From Alphaproteobacteria bacterium (GTDB taxonomy: Bacteria > Pseudomonadota > Alphaproteobacteria > Bin95), in assembly GCA_964291285.2 (NCBI GenBank), contig OZ219788.1, positions 672,001 through 736,000 of the forward strand: DNA of 64,000 bases, read 5' to 3'. Shown here one piece after another: positions 49,589 through 59,655 of this stretch. Position 1 is the stretch's first letter, and each line of letters starts with the position of its first letter. Below the pieces are notes generated by a model. The model ran no database searches. It saw only the letters and a list, made by a program, of their open reading frames with translations, and was not told where the DNA came from. Position numbers and translations under genes: made by a program.

Positions 49589-51284
49589 CCTAAATCCGGC
49601 AGTTGAGGATGGCTTGGCCTTGCCGAATCCCTTGTAGTCTGCGGGTATGAGCGGCTTTTCAGGGGCCGAAGAGGCTCACCCTTTGGGTGATTATCCTGGC
49701 GCTGTGCGGGATGTCGCCCGAGCGTCGGTGAAGGTGGACACCTTCGGCGGCGCGGTTCATGTGGAATGGGACCCTGATGCGGCGGTGACGCCGCTGGGGC
49801 ATCTGGCGTTTTTCTCGGAATACCTGAAGGTAAGCGGTCGCTTTGACGCTTTGGTTGCGGACTGCCCGCTGCACTACACGAGCCCGAACGCGCCGTCGAA
49901 GCGGGATGTCCTGGGGACGGTTCTTCTGTCGGTTCTGGCGGGGCAGTCTCGCTATGCGCACATCACGTCGCTGCGCGGCGACGGGGTGAACCCTGCGCTG
50001 CTGGGTATGGACAAGGTTGCGAGCGAGGATTCGGTGCGGCGCGGTCTGGAGCGGATCGGTGCGGATGTCGGCACATCGTGGCTTCAGGGCCATCTGGACG
50101 AGGTGGTCCGTCCGCTGCTGAGGGAGCCGTGGGTTCTGGACTGCGACACGACGATCAAGGCGCTTTACGGTCGTCAGGAGGGGGCGGTTGTGAGCTACAA
50201 CCCGAAGAAGCCGGGCCGCCCCTCGCATGCCTGCCATGCGTTCCTGATGGCGGGCACGCGGCTTGTTCTGGATGTCGAGGTGGCGCCGGGCAACCATCAC
50301 CATTCGAGGCGCGCGGCGCCGTCCTTGTGGGCGTTGCTCGACCGTCTCGGTCGGGATCGCTGGCCGCGTCTGGTGCGGGGCGATAAGGACTGGGGCAGCG
50401 AGGCCAACATGGCGTCGTGCGAGGCTGCGGGTCTGGACTATTTGTTCAAGCTGCGCCTGACGAAGGGGGCGCGCCGGCTTGCCGAGCGGCTGATGGTGCG
50501 GGACGGCTGGGAGGATGCAGGCCAGGGCTGGTCGGGGATCGGGGCCGATCTGCGTCTGCAGGGCTGGAGCCGGACGCGCCGGGTTGTGGTGCTGCGTCGG
50601 CGGCTTCCTGCGACGCTGGCGCTGACGCGTGGCGACAAGGCCCAGGGCGAGCTGTTCTGGACCGAGGCGCAGCCCGGCACCGGGGTGTGGGAGTTCGCGG
50701 TGCTGGCGACCTCGCTGGACCTGGAGATACGCTCGCTGGCCCAGCTCTACCGCGACCGGGCGGACGCGGAGAACGGCTTCGACGAGTTGAAGAACCAGTG
50801 GGGTTGGGGCGGCTTCACCACGCGCGACCTGACGCGCTGCCGGCACATGGCCCGGCTGATCGCGCTCATCTACAACTGGTGGAGCCTGTTCGTGCGCCTC
50901 GCCGACCCCGACCATCACCGCGAGGCGATCACCAGCCGGCCGCTGCTCCTGCACGGGGTTGCCCGCCAGACCCACCACGCCGGCCAGACCCGGCTGACGG
51001 TGACCTCCCATCACGGGCGTCGCAAGACGGTGATGGCGGCGCTGCGCCGGATCGCCGGCTTCTTCCGGTCGCTGACGCAAACTGCGGAGCAGTTGAGCGC
51101 CGGGGATCGCTGGCGCCGCATCCTCGCCGAGGCGCTCAGGAAATACCTCCATGGCCGCGAACCGGGGCGTCAACCCTGGCTGCCGCCACCCAGGGCCGCG
51201 ACCACGTGCTGAAATCCACGCCCAAATCCGACCGTTCACACTACCCCGAGACAGCGATCAAGCTCGTCAACTGCCGGATTTAGG
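49589..51284 (+). mobile_element. IS1380-family element
   Basis: Perfect 18-bp IRs CCTAAATCCGGCAGTTGA; no matching target duplication. Confidence 0.92.
49647..51212 (+). CDS. IS1380-family transposase
   Basis: LDCDTTIK.LYG.QEGA, RGD and YRDRADAENGFDELKNQWGWGGF motifs. Confidence 0.9.
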   Translation: MSGFSGAEEAHPLGDYPGAVRDVARASVKVDTFGGAVHVEWDPDAAVTPLGHLAFFSEYLKVSGRFDALVADCPLHYTSPNAPSKRDVLGTVLLSVLAGQSRYAHITSLRGDGVNPALLGMDKVASEDSVRRGLERIGADVGTSWLQGHLDEVVRPLLREPWVLDCDTTIKALYGRQEGAVVSYNPKKPGRPSHACHAFLMAGTRLVLDVEVAPGNHHHSRRAAPSLWALLDRLGRDRWPRLVRGDKDWGSEANMASCEAAGLDYLFKLRLTKGARRLAERLMVRDGWEDAGQGWSGIGADLRLQGWSRTRRVVVLRRRLPATLALTRGDKAQGELFWTEAQPGTGVWEFAVLATSLDLEIRSLAQLYRDRADAENGFDELKNQWGWGGFTTRDLTRCRHMARLIALIYNWWSLFVRLADPDHHREAITSRPLLLHGVARQTHHAGQTRLTVTSHHGRRKTVMAALRRIAGFFRSLTQTAEQLSAGDRWRRILAEALRKYLHGREPGRQPWLPPPRAATTC

Positions 51285-53329
51285 ATGACTGGTTCAAGGA
51301 TTCCGGCGGCGGCAGCATCGCGGACGGCAACGGCGGGCACGACTATCTCGAAGGCGGCAATGGGCTGAACATCCTGCGCGGCGGCTGGGGCAACGACATC
51401 CTGGTCGGGAACCAGAAGGACCAGATCTCCGACCGCCTCCATGGCGGGTCCGGGAACGACTTCCTGATCGCGGGCAAGCTCAAGGCGAGCAACCGGCAGG
51501 ACGACGGCACCGGCGCGCTGACCGACGCGACGCGTGGGCGGGGACCGATCTCCAACCAAGCCGGGGATCCGCAGGGAAGCCTCCTCCATGGCGGCCATGG
51601 GGGCGACCATTTCATCCTCAACCCCGACAGCTATGTCTATATCGAGGATTTCCGGCATTGGCACGACTACATCTACGTGACCGGGATCCGGGACGGGGCG
51701 GAGCTCACCATTGTCCACCACCCCGACGGCCACTACGGGAAGGCCCACTTTCGGATCATGCTCGGCAACAAGGTACTCGCCGAGCTCAAGTTCGAGGAGG
51801 AAGTCAATCCCGATGACGCCGAAGCCGTGAGGGTGGCGAAAGGGAAGATTGACGAGTTCCTGGAGACCGCGAGCGGGGACTGGATCAACGGCGACCATAA
51901 TGACAACACCATTCGGGGCACCGCGCATTCCGACCATATCTACGGCCACGGCGGCGAAGACACGCTCACGGGCGGCGCGGGAGACGACGCTCTCGTCGGC
52001 GGCCAAGGCAACGATGTCCTTCGCGGCGAGGACGGCAACGACAGGCTGCAAGGCGGCCGCGGCAACGACACGCTTTGGGGCGGCGCGGGCATGGACTCGC
52101 TGGACGGCGATGGCGGCAACGACCTGCTCTACGGCGGCGGCGGCGACGACGGGCTCTACGGCGGCGACGGCCACGACAGGCTCGATGGCGGCGCCGGCTG
52201 GGACGTGCTCTACGGCGGCGACGGCCGGGACATCTTCGTGATCAGCGAGGGCCGGAGCAGCGACGGGCGCGCTGGCACCATCGGGGACTTCAATGTCAAG
52301 GAGGACTACATCCGGTTGCCGTTCAACGTTTCGTGGGACGATGTCCGGTTTGTCCGGGGCCCGGAGGGGCCCGGGCCGACCACGCACCTTGTCACCGGCA
52401 CCGGCGACTCGCAGAAGGTGCTGGCCCGGTTCGACGAATTCGAGGATCTCACTGCCCAGCAGCTGCAGGAGCTCAAGAACAAGGTCGAGTTCATCTGGGA
52501 CTTCGACCCGAACAAGGAGTATCCGGACCCGCAGGCCGGGAAGACGCTCACGGGCACGAACAGGAAGGACCTGCTCGTCGGCGACAGCGGCAACGACATC
52601 ATCAAGGGTCTGGACGCGTTTGACGTGCTCTACGGGCGCGGCGGCGACGACAGGCTCTTCGGCGGCAATGGCAAGGACACGCTGTATGGCGGCAGCGGCA
52701 GCGACTCGCTGTTCGGGGATGGCAACAACGACATCCTCCACGGCGGCGCCGACGGCGACACGCTGAACGGCGGGGACGGCGCCGACCGGCTGTATGGCGA
52801 AGGCGGCGACGACACGCTGAACGGCGACAATGGCGACGACATGCTGTATGCCGGCGTCGGCAGCGACATGCTGGACGGCGGGAACGGCAACGACCGCCTG
52901 GAAGGCGGCGAGGGCGGTCTCGACGTGCTGGCCGGCGGCGCGGGCGAAGACCGGCTGTTCGGCAACGGCGGCAACGACCGTCTGGAGGGCGGCGAGGGCT
53001 CCGACCGTCTGCGCGGCGGCGAGGGCGCCGACGAGTTCCTGTTCCGCGCCGGCGACGGTGTGGACGTCATCGCCGACTTCGAGGACGGGACCGACACGAT
53101 CGTCTTTCTGGCCCAGACCTGGGCGAATGCCGGGACCGACACGAAGTTCCTTTCGTTCTCCGACCTGGTGCTGACCGACAGCGAGGAGGCGGGCGGCGTG
53201 GTCATCACCTCGGACAAGCTCGCAGGCAACGAGATCATCGTCAGGGGCGTGACGTCCGAGATGCTGACGGCCGACGACTTCGGCTTCCTGACGGTCGATC
53301 AGTACAACGAACACCTCGACATCGGCTGA
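51284..53329 (+). pseudogene. RTX protein (family B), 5'-truncated by IS1380
   Basis: Open frame from the IS end (DDWFKD..) matches residue ~54 onward of the 12444-14651 protein; native start missing. Confidence 0.82.
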
Positions 53330-53338
53330 GCCGCTTCC

Positions 53339-53570
53339 GGCCAGCGGTAAGACTGCGGCCGCTCCTCGGCGAGGGGCGGCCGCAACTGCGATTACCGCAA
53401 TCAGGGCAGGGGGCAGCCGGCGCCAACCGGTTTGCCGGCAGACCGCAAGCCCGGTGGACGGGCCGCCAGGGCGATGCGGGAGCGGGCGGTTTCGTGAGGG
53501 CCATGTCCCTGTCGCGGGAACAGTCTCTGTTGCGTCTGTTTGCACGGGGCGTGCCGCAGCCGGGTACCAG
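53339..53570 (+). repeat. Copy of the ~240-bp post-RTX segment
   Basis: Near-identical to 472-711. Confidence 0.85.
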
Positions 53571-53762
53571 CCGGCATGCATGCCGCGCCGCGCGAAATTT
53601 TTTTCATCATGCCACAGGGGGCGCATGCGGGGCCTGCCGTGTCCTGGAGGGGACAGGCTGTTGATTCCGCACAGGAAATCCCCTTGCTGCACCGTTTGAC
53701 AATGCCATTTCGCAGGGACAAATCTGCTCCCGGAGACGCGGTTGTGCGGGGGAGCGGCAGGC

Positions 53763-53975
53763 ATGGAGACAGGCAGCGACGACGGCGCGCGCGGGGACCT
53801 TCGCCGCGCCGCCGCCAACGACAATCCTGCCCCGGACAGCGGGCCGGAAGCCCGGATCGAGGCCGCAGCGCTACGCCTCGCCCGCTTGCTGGGCCGGCAG
53901 ATCGCGCGCGAGCGCTTCGAGGCGGGCCGCGCCGCCAACGACAATGCGCCGGCGGACGAGGCCGGCGACGGATAG
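53763..53975 (+). CDS. Small AANDN-motif protein of the kind found upstream of island serine recombinases
   Basis: Two AANDN motifs flank LARLLGRQIARERF. Confidence 0.55.
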   Translation: METGSDDGARGDLRRAAANDNPAPDSGPEARIEAAALRLARLLGRQIARERFEAGRAANDNAPADEAGDG

Positions 53976-54271
53976 GTGACCCGGACCCGTGACCCCGCGC
54001 GCGGCGTCCTGGGCCCGCTACAGCCCGAGCCGTTCGAACGTCCGAAGCGGCAGGTACAGGCGCAGCGGCCGCGACGGGAACGGCACGAAGCCGTACCGCT
54101 CGTAGAAGGCGCTGGCGCGGTCGTGCAGCGCATCGACCACGACGGCATAGACGCCGATGGTGTCGCCCGCGCGGACGACCCGATGGATCGCATCGAGCAG
54201 CAGGGTCTCGCCGAGCCCGCTTCCCTGACTGCGAAGATCGACGTAAGCGGTGCGGGGGAGGCACCCGGCTT

Positions 54272-55891
54272 TCAGCTTGACGGCGTCTGGAAGTTCCAGG
54301 GCAGGAGTTCGTCGATGCGGCTGTTGGGATGACCTGCCGCGATCTTTTCGAGCGTGATCTTGAGCCAGGCGTAGGGCTCGACACCGTTCATCTTCGCCGT
54401 CTCGATGAGCGAGCCGATGCGGCCCCAGGAGCGCGCGCCCTCGTCGTGGCCGGCGAACAACGCATTTTTCGCGGTGAGCTTGATCGGCCGGATCCGATTT
54501 TCGACGAAGTTGCTGTCCATCTCGACGCGCCCGTCGTGCAGGAAGACCAGCAGCCCGTCCCACTGGTTGGCGATGTAGGTCAACTTCTCGCCGAGGCGGG
54601 ACTTGGGCGAGACGCGCGAGCGCTGCTCGTCGAGCCACACCCCGAAGGCGTTCACCAGCGGCGCGGACCCGGTCCAGCGGACGAACTGGCGCGTCGCCGG
54701 CTCCTCACCCCGGATCCTGTCCTCGATCCTGTAGAGCTGCGCGATGCGCTCCAGTCCGGCCTTCGCGATCGGCGAGCGGCTGCTGTCGAACACCGTCTCA
54801 AGGCCGCGCCTGGCGTGTGCCCAACAGGCACAGAGCGTCAGCGCCCCGCCCGGGCGATCCGCCCGGCCGAGCCGGTTGTGGCCGGCATAGCCGTCGACCT
54901 GCACCGATCCCTGGAAGCCCTCGAGGAGCTTCTCGCCATGCTTGCCGCTGCGCCCGGGCGCATACTCATACGCCACCCCCGGCGGGTCCGCCCCGGACCA
55001 GGCCCGCTGGTCGCGCACCATGGTCCACAGATAGCCGGTTTTGGTCTTGCCCCGGCCCGGGTCGAGAACCCGAACCGTGGTTTCGTCCAGACCCAGGGTG
55101 CTCGACGTCTTCAGCGCCGTCTTCAGGCGCTCATACACGGGGCGCAAGTGGAACGCCGCCTTGCCGACCCAGCCGGCCAGCGTCGAGCGGTCCAGTTGCA
55201 GCCCCGAGCGGGCATGGATCCGGGCCTGGCGGTACAGCGGAAGGTGGTCGGCATATTTGGAGATCAGGACATGGGCGATGGCGCCTTCGGTCGGCAGCCC
55301 ACCCTCGATCAGCCGCGCCGGCGCCGGCGCCTGGGTAACGCCTTCCTCGCACTTGCGGCAGGCGTATTTCGGGCGCACCGTGACGATCACCCGCAACTGC
55401 GCCGGCACGATGTCGAGCCTCTCGGCGCGGTCCTCGCCGATCTTCACCATCTCCCCGCAGCCGCAGGGGCACAGCGTGCTCTCCGGCTCGATCACCTGCT
55501 CGATCCGTTCCAGGTGCTCCGGCAAATGGCCGGGATTGCGCTCCGGGCGGGGCTTCCTCGGTGCGCGCGGCGGCGACGGATTGTCGGCCGCGACCTGTGC
55601 TTCCCCCTCCGCAGACGCGCCCTCCAGCTCCTCGAACGCCAGCTGGCGCTCGTCCGCCGACAGCTTCTCCGACCTCTTGCCATACACAAGGCGGACCAGT
55701 TCAAGGTTCAGATGCTCCAGACGGCGGATGCGCGCCGACAGCGCCTCATTCTCACCCGCGAGGCAGACCTTCTCTTCCGTCAGCGTCCTGTTCTCGGTGC
55801 GAAGCGTCTCCAGAGCCGCAAGCGCCTGCCTCGCAGCCGCGGCCTGTTCCGGCGTCAGCGTGTCGAGGTCCATCTCCGCAAGCGCTGCCAT
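54272..55891 (-). CDS. tnpC: IS66 transposase TnpC
   Basis: KYADHLPLYRQ, DET, DGYAG, CWAHARR and DSNFVEN motifs. Confidence 0.95.
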   Translation of the reverse strand: MAALAEMDLDTLTPEQAAAARQALAALETLRTENRTLTEEKVCLAGENEALSARIRRLEHLNLELVRLVYGKRSEKLSADERQLAFEELEGASAEGEAQVAADNPSPPRAPRKPRPERNPGHLPEHLERIEQVIEPESTLCPCGCGEMVKIGEDRAERLDIVPAQLRVIVTVRPKYACRKCEEGVTQAPAPARLIEGGLPTEGAIAHVLISKYADHLPLYRQARIHARSGLQLDRSTLAGWVGKAAFHLRPVYERLKTALKTSSTLGLDETTVRVLDPGRGKTKTGYLWTMVRDQRAWSGADPPGVAYEYAPGRSGKHGEKLLEGFQGSVQVDGYAGHNRLGRADRPGGALTLCACWAHARRGLETVFDSSRSPIAKAGLERIAQLYRIEDRIRGEEPATRQFVRWTGSAPLVNAFGVWLDEQRSRVSPKSRLGEKLTYIANQWDGLLVFLHDGRVEMDSNFVENRIRPIKLTAKNALFAGHDEGARSWGRIGSLIETAKMNGVEPYAWLKITLEKIAAGHPNSRIDELLPWNFQTPSS

Positions 55892-55942
55892 GGCCCGCTC
55901 GATAGCACAGTGTCGGGGAGCCGGGGGCCCCGATCCGCTGAG

Positions 55943-56296
55943 TCATTCCGCCTCAGCCGGGGCCCGGACGGACAGCGCCCGAACACGACGCCAGTCCAGC
56001 CCGCAGAACAGCGCCTCGAACTGTGCATGGTTCAGCGTCATGACACCGTCGCGGATCGCAGGCCACACGAAGCCCTGATCCTCCAGACGCTTGTAGACCA
56101 TCACCAACCCGGTCCCGTCATGGAAGACGAGCTTCAGCCTGTCGCTTCGTTTTGCCCTGAAGAGGAAGACCGTTCCCGTGAACGGGTCCTTGCGCAACAC
56201 GCTCTTCACATGCGCAACAAGGCCGTCGTGCTGCTTCCTGAAGTCCACGGGCTTCGTCGCAACGACGATCCGCACACGGTTCGATGGGAAGATCAT
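55943..56296 (-). CDS. tnpB: IS66 accessory protein TnpB
   Basis: PVDFRK..DGL, DRLKL..DGTG..KRLE. Confidence 0.95.
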   Translation of the reverse strand: MIFPSNRVRIVVATKPVDFRKQHDGLVAHVKSVLRKDPFTGTVFLFRAKRSDRLKLVFHDGTGLVMVYKRLEDQGFVWPAIRDGVMTLNHAQFEALFCGLDWRRVRALSVRAPAEAE

Positions 56297-56691
56297 GACG
56301 CCGCGTTCAGCGCAGAAACGATCTCCGCCAACCGTCCCGCCGGCACGGCCGCGTCCAGACGGACCGTAACCCTGTCCATAACGACTTCCAGACGCGCGCC
56401 GCTCGCCTCACCGACACCGCTACCCTCCGCCCGGACAACCAGCGGCGCAAACGCCACTTCCGCCGCAGGCAAAACAAGCCGACCTTCCCGCGCCAGGCGA
56501 CGCCAGCCCGTCAACCGGTTCGCATGGACGCCATGTCTGCGCGCAACCTCGCGAACCGTCGCACCCGGCTCCAGCGTCTCCGCCACAATCCGCCCCTTCA
56601 AATCATCCGGCCAGCGACGACGACCGCCTCCAACCGGAAGCACTTCTACGCTCCTGAGTGTCTCAACTGAGCCCAACATTGTGAAACTCAC
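56293..56691 (-). CDS. tnpA: IS66 TnpA (HTH)
   Basis: RRRWPDDLKGRIVAETLEPGATVREVARRH. Confidence 0.92.
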   Translation of the reverse strand: MSFTMLGSVETLRSVEVLPVGGGRRRWPDDLKGRIVAETLEPGATVREVARRHGVHANRLTGWRRLAREGRLVLPAAEVAFAPLVVRAEGSGVGEASGARLEVVMDRVTVRLDAAVPAGRLAEIVSALNAAS

Positions 56692-57050
56692 CTCCTGCTC
56701 AAATCACAGAAGGGGAAGCCCAAATCACGCCTGCAACTGGAAGGGGGCTCAGCCGCCCCGCTTACAGATCGACGGCCAGCCGCCCGATGACGGCCGCCGG
56801 CACGGGATAGTGCGGCAGCCGCCGGGCGAGGTCCGCCGGCAGGTTGTCCTTCTCGAAGCTTGCCGCGCTCAGCGTGTAGTAGCCGGCGATCCGTTCCGAC
56901 GGGTCGCCCGGTGCGACGAACACCCGCGCGACGCGCCGCCGGGCGTCCTGGGAAGCTTGCCGGCGGATGTAGCGGTCGAGCGACGGCTCCCCGCAGGAGA
57001 AGGTCGCGCGGTCGTGATGCGGGCCGGGCGGCTCGACCGTCAGCGGCGCT

Positions 57051-57335
57051 TCATCCACCGATGCGCTCGCGGTAACGGCGCGCGGCGCGGCGCAGCGCCG
57101 CGTTCGGCGCGGGCGGGTTGAGCAGCGCGTCGTGGAAGGCGTCCCAGTCCGTCGCCGGGAGGACGATCCGCTCGCGCGCCTCGATCACCCGCTCGGCCTC
57201 GGCTACGGCGCTGTGCAGCACGAAACGGCTGACCGTGGTTTCCTCGTAGGCCGCCGCGCGTTCGAGCTTGCGCTTGCTCCTGGCGTCGAGGCGCAGGTGG
57301 ACCCGCTCGTGCTTCGTCTCGGCTGTTTCGGCCAT
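57051..57335 (-). CDS. DUF1778 (TacA/AtaR-like) antitoxin
   Basis: ERVHLRL..LERAA..FHDALLNPPAPNAALRRA; overlaps the GNAT start. Confidence 0.9.
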   Translation of the reverse strand: MAETAETKHERVHLRLDARSKRKLERAAAYEETTVSRFVLHSAVAEAERVIEARERIVLPATDWDAFHDALLNPPAPNAALRRAARRYRERIGG

Positions 57336-57440
57336 TACGATGTCTCCCGCGTGAGTTGACGATAGACATATGCGCCATATTGGCGCACATTGCAGCTGTG
57401 TCGGCGGAGGACGCCGGTGAGAGACAGGAGAACCGGGACC

Positions 57441-59129
57441 ATGACCCTTCGCTGTGCGCTTTACGCCCGCTATTCGTCCGACCAGCAGCGGCCGGCCTCC
57501 ATCGAGGACCAGTTCCGGGTCTGCCGCGAGCACGCGGAGCGCGAGGGCTGGAAGATCGTCGGCACGTACAGGGACTCCGCCATCTCGGGAGACAGCGTGA
57601 TCCTCCGGCCCGGCGTCCAGGCGCTTCTGGAGGACGCGCGGCGGGGCGCGTTCGAGATCGTCGTCGCCGAGGCCCTCGACCGGATCAGCCGCGACCAGGC
57701 CGATGTTGCGACCCTCTACAAGCATCTGCGCTTCGCCAGCGTGACGATCTTCACGCTCGCGGCGGGCGAAGGCGAGATCAACGAGCTTCACGTCGGCCTC
57801 AAGGGGACCATGAACGCGCTCTTCCTGAAGGACCTCGCGGCGAAGACGCACCGGGGGCTCCGGGGCCGCGTCGAGGCCGGCAAGTCGGGCGGCGGCATCT
57901 GCTACGGCTACGACGTGGTGAAGCTGCACGACGAGGCCGGCGAGCGCATCCGGGGCGAGCGGGAGATCAACGAGGCCGAGGCGGAGATCGTCCGGCGCAT
58001 CTTCCGCGAGTTCGCCGCCGGCGCCAGCCCGCGCGCCATCGCGCGGCGCCTCAACGACGAGGGCATCCCCGGCGCCAAGGGCAGGCTCTGGAGCGACTCC
58101 GTCCTGCGCGGCCACGCCAGGCGCGGCACCGGGCTGCTCAACAACGAGCTCTATATCGGCCGGCTGGTGTGGAACCGCCAGCGCTTCCTGAAGAACCCGG
58201 ACACCGGCAAGCGGGTCGCGCGCGTCAACCCGCCCGAGGAATGGATAATCGCCGAGGTTCCGGAGCTCCGCATCGTCGACGATGCGCTGTGGCAGGACGC
58301 CAAGGCCCGGCAGGGAGAGCTTGCCGAGAAATACGCCACCGCCATCGCGGCGACGCGGAACGCCCACGCCAACCGCATGAACGCCGCCCACCGGCCGCGT
58401 TACCTGCTCTCCGGGCTGCTCGAATGCGGCGTCTGCGGCGGCCCCTATTCCATGCGCGGACAGGGCCGCTACGGCTGCTCTGACCACGTCATGACGGGCT
58501 CGTGCGCCAACAGCCGGACCATCCGGCGCGTCGAGATCGAGGAGCGGGTGCTGGCGGGGCTGAAGGACAAGCTGATGGAGCCCGAGGCCGCCGCCGAAGC
58601 GATGAAAGCGTATGCCGGGGAGACCAACCGGCTCAACCGCGAGCGCCGCGCGTCGGGCGCGAGCGACCGCGCGGAGCTGGCCGGGATCGAGAAGAAGATC
58701 GCGTCGATGCTCGACGCCATTGAGGAGGGTGGCTACGTGCGGGGTATGTCCGACCGGCTCCGCGAGCTGGAGGCCCGCCAGGACGAGATCAACGAACGGC
58801 TGTCAGCCGCTCCGGTCGACATCCCGGACGTTCACCCCAACATTGCCGGCGTCTACCGCCGCAAGGTGGAGCGGCTCGCGGAGGCGCTGGCCGATCCCCG
58901 CGACCGCGACCAGGCGGCGGAAGCCATAAGGGGGCTGATCGAGCGGATCGTGCTGACCCCCGGCGCGAAACGTGGCGAGTTGCACGCCGCGCTCCATGGC
59001 GACCTCGGCACCATCCTCGAATGGGCCGGGAGCGGCAGGGCGAAGGGAGCGACCGACATCCTGCGAGGCAGAATGTCGGTCTCGGTGGTAGCGGGGGAGG
59101 GATTTGAACCCCCGACCCAGGGATTATGA
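57441..59129 (+). CDS. Large serine recombinase (island integrase)
   Basis: YARYSS, EALDRISR, CYGY, LSGLLECGVCG zinc ribbon; AGGAG RBS; the C-terminus runs into tRNA-Met. Confidence 0.93.
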   Translation: MTLRCALYARYSSDQQRPASIEDQFRVCREHAEREGWKIVGTYRDSAISGDSVILRPGVQALLEDARRGAFEIVVAEALDRISRDQADVATLYKHLRFASVTIFTLAAGEGEINELHVGLKGTMNALFLKDLAAKTHRGLRGRVEAGKSGGGICYGYDVVKLHDEAGERIRGEREINEAEAEIVRRIFREFAAGASPRAIARRLNDEGIPGAKGRLWSDSVLRGHARRGTGLLNNELYIGRLVWNRQRFLKNPDTGKRVARVNPPEEWIIAEVPELRIVDDALWQDAKARQGELAEKYATAIAATRNAHANRMNAAHRPRYLLSGLLECGVCGGPYSMRGQGRYGCSDHVMTGSCANSRTIRRVEIEERVLAGLKDKLMEPEAAAEAMKAYAGETNRLNRERRASGASDRAELAGIEKKIASMLDAIEEGGYVRGMSDRLRELEARQDEINERLSAAPVDIPDVHPNIAGVYRRKVERLAEALADPRDRDQAAEAIRGLIERIVLTPGAKRGELHAALHGDLGTILEWAGSGRAKGATDILRGRMSVSVVAGEGFEPPTQGL

Positions 59130-59160
59130 TTCCCCTGCTCTACCGCTGAGCTACCCCGCC
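59086..59160 (-). tRNA. tRNA-Met (CAT)
   Basis: GGCGGGGTAGCTCAG..CTCATAA-type anticodon loop (ATCATAA), GGTTCAAATCC, CCA end. Confidence 0.92.
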
Positions 59161-59220
59161 GAAGGACCGGCCTTTTAGGCGCTGGCGCTTGCGCCGTCAA
59201 CGGGATCGGCCGATCCTGCG

Positions 59221-59640
59221 GTGATGAAGAAGACGGCCCTTCTGCTGCTCGCCGGTTTCCTGCTGGCCGCCCACGGAGGCGCGACCGGCATCGTCAAGCA
59301 GCGCATGGACGCCATGGTCGATATCGGCCGCGCGACGAAGACCATCCGCGACGCGGTCCGGCGTTCCGAGCCGGACGCGGTCCGGAACGCTGCGGCGCGG
59401 ATCGCCGGGCACGCGGCGGAGATCCCGAAGCTGTTCCCGGACGGCAGCTTCCACCACCCTTCGGAAGCTCTGCCGGCGATTTCGGCCGACCGGGCGGCAT
59501 TCGATGCGCTTGCGGCGAAGCTTGCCCTCGCCGCCGAAGACCTGGCCGCGAATGCGGACGCGCCCCGCGAGGCGGCGCGGCGGCTCGCTGACGCCTGCAA
59601 ACAGTGCCACACGCGCTTCCGGCTGGAGAAGAAGCGCTGA
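59221..59640 (+). CDS. Cytochrome c'/c556 (class II)
   Basis: Signal peptide, LFPDGS and C-terminal CKQCH..FR. Confidence 0.88.
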   Translation: MMKKTALLLLAGFLLAAHGGATGIVKQRMDAMVDIGRATKTIRDAVRRSEPDAVRNAAARIAGHAAEIPKLFPDGSFHHPSEALPAISADRAAFDALAAKLALAAEDLAANADAPREAARRLADACKQCHTRFRLEKKR

Positions 59641-59655
59641 GCCGGCGGCGGGCGC

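Larger units (their letters stand above)
54243..56765 (-). mobile_element. IS66-family element, intact
   Basis: GTAAGCG termini and 8-bp TSD AGATCGAC. Confidence 0.95.
54018..57058 (-). pseudogene. GNAT toxin (TacT/AtaT-like) split by IS66
   Basis: FSCGEPSLDRY..IGRLAVD|LRSQGSGLGETLL..FYERYGF reads through once the IS is removed. Confidence 0.9.

Noticed and set aside
55943-56296. IS66 TnpB as an RNA-guided TnpB nuclease
   Set aside because: The 117-aa IS66 accessory protein is unrelated to IS200/IS605 TnpB and has no RuvC motifs.
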